NCBI GenBank assembly: GCA_965637545.1 | Contig: OZ281494.1 | Coordinates: forward strand, 5,146,001 to 5,210,000 | Reading direction: 5' to 3' | Length of the DNA: 64,000 nt | DNA from: Phallusia mammillata | Lineage: Eukaryota | The notes under the pieces: generated by a model | What the model was told of the DNA's origin: nothing | What the model saw: the letters and a program-made list of their open reading frames with translations, nothing else | Databases searched by the model: none | Translations under genes and position numbers: made by a program | Part shown: piece after piece, positions 62,622-64,000 of the stretch | Position numbering within the stretch: position 1 is the stretch's first letter | Layout: each line of letters opens with the position of its first letter

Positions 62622-64000
62622 GATAATCAATAAACGAACTCAACAAACTAGTCTGTACCTTGGTAGGCTTATTGACAAGCTCTTAATATATAGAGAGGTT
62701 TCCTCAGCCCGCACAAGCCAATGCAGTCACCATCTAATTGCGGCGCATCTGTGTTAGAAGGAGATGGAATCATCAAATAGTCCCATGGGAGCCCTTTCAC
62801 TGTCGAACGATGAAGGGGTTATTAAAACATGAGAACAAATGTGCACGTACCACCACATGTTGTTGCTTCCAAAAACGTTTTCTTGCAGCAAACAAAAGTA
62901 TATAACCATGGCTGTAAATCCTATTCCAAACGCCAAGTTAAAATATTTTGAAATACATAATAATCTTAAGTGAAAGATATTTTCAAGAATTTGCAGTTTA
63001 AGTCTAAAAACTTTGATTGACGAAAGCTTTTGCGTTCTCAAAAATACTAATTTGTCCATACATTTGTTTAGGCCTCTATGTTCAAACCAGGATCAGATTA
63101 ATAACAACATTCCATTTCAATCGATGATCTAAGAATTGTGGCTAAATGACGTAACGGTAGTTTTGTGATGACACAAGAAACGGTTTCTTGCATGGGATGA
63201 TGTCAATGACATTTGTGGATGTTATTACTTATTTCTACCTGTTAACTACGTACTAACTTAAATAAAGTTTAAATGACGTATTTTAAACTGATATACGACA
63301 ATGTAAAACTGTATTAATAACTTATTTGAGTAAAAACAAATTAGTGTTGTTGTTTTTTTCTTTTTGTCAATATGGTATACTTAAGTAGATGACATTTCAG
63401 TTTTGCAGTATAGTTCTAAATTTATAATTGTTAAAATGTGATTTCTATGCGTAATTTGATTTTTGTTTTCAGGAAAAGACCCGAAATTTTGAACCACATT
63501 AACATCATAAATAACAACCAAAGTTTTAAAAGAAAGGTTTATCAGTCTTAAACTGCAATATTAAGTTTAAAAAATCTGGATTGTCAAGTTGTCGAGCAAA
63601 TAGTTTGCGGCAAGGTGTTTCCGTTTAGTTGCAAGTTACTGCCAGTAAACTGTGTCACAAATCAACATAATTGCTGATTTCTCTTGCTGCAGTCGGCGTG
63701 AATGAACCCAAACCACCGTCAATTACAACAGCTGACACACCCAAACCACTTACAATTGAACTCATGACTTTCGAGCCACCAACACGCCAATTCCGAGAAG
63801 TTTCAGCCCAGATAGCCTACAGCAATTCCGACAGAATCCAATCAACTGTCCAGTCATCAAGTATGAGAATATACCGGTTAAAATTTAGCAAATGCATAAA
63901 CGACAAACATTTTACAGGCAGGATCAAATGCACAACTGCCAGTATGATTAATAGGCATCGTCGCAACAAAACAGGTGCACGTGCTGGGATGGGCACCTGT

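Noticed and set aside
62630-63300. Heat-shock elements upstream of the sHSP gene
   Set aside because: Only partial nGAAn/nTTCn pairs were seen, with no convincing three-unit HSE.

Overview
This is AT-rich animal genomic DNA with short GT-AG introns, plausibly an invertebrate chordate such as an ascidian (inference only). It has one 200-N scaffold gap at 9396-9595. (1) 1-24.5 kb: a tandem array of M28B glutamate carboxypeptidase II/NAALADase-family genes. Copy A has an intact 3' part, copy B is a pseudogene, B' is a 3.4 kb inverted copy of B, copy C lacks its 5' half but exons 7-13 are intact, and copy D is complete (13 exons, about 731 aa). The metal-ligand exons are homogenised while the S1 specificity residues differ in every copy. 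(2) 25.8-40.1 kb: three tandem low-specificity L-threonine aldolase genes on the minus strand, one with a mutated splice acceptor. (3) 41.1-54.1 kb: a stack of six transposons, each with a recoverable target-site duplication. An outer P/Galileo-like element contains an intact BEL/Pao LTR retrotransposon (with a SINE in one LTR) and a second THAP/P-like element inserted in its terminal repeat. A hAT MITE abuts that element and contains another hAT MITE. (4) 56.6-62.6 kb: a two-exon gene for an uncharacterised protein with tandem ubiquitin-like domains, convergent with a three-exon small heat-shock protein gene that has a long disordered N-terminus. All alignments and identities were judged by eye; no searches were run.
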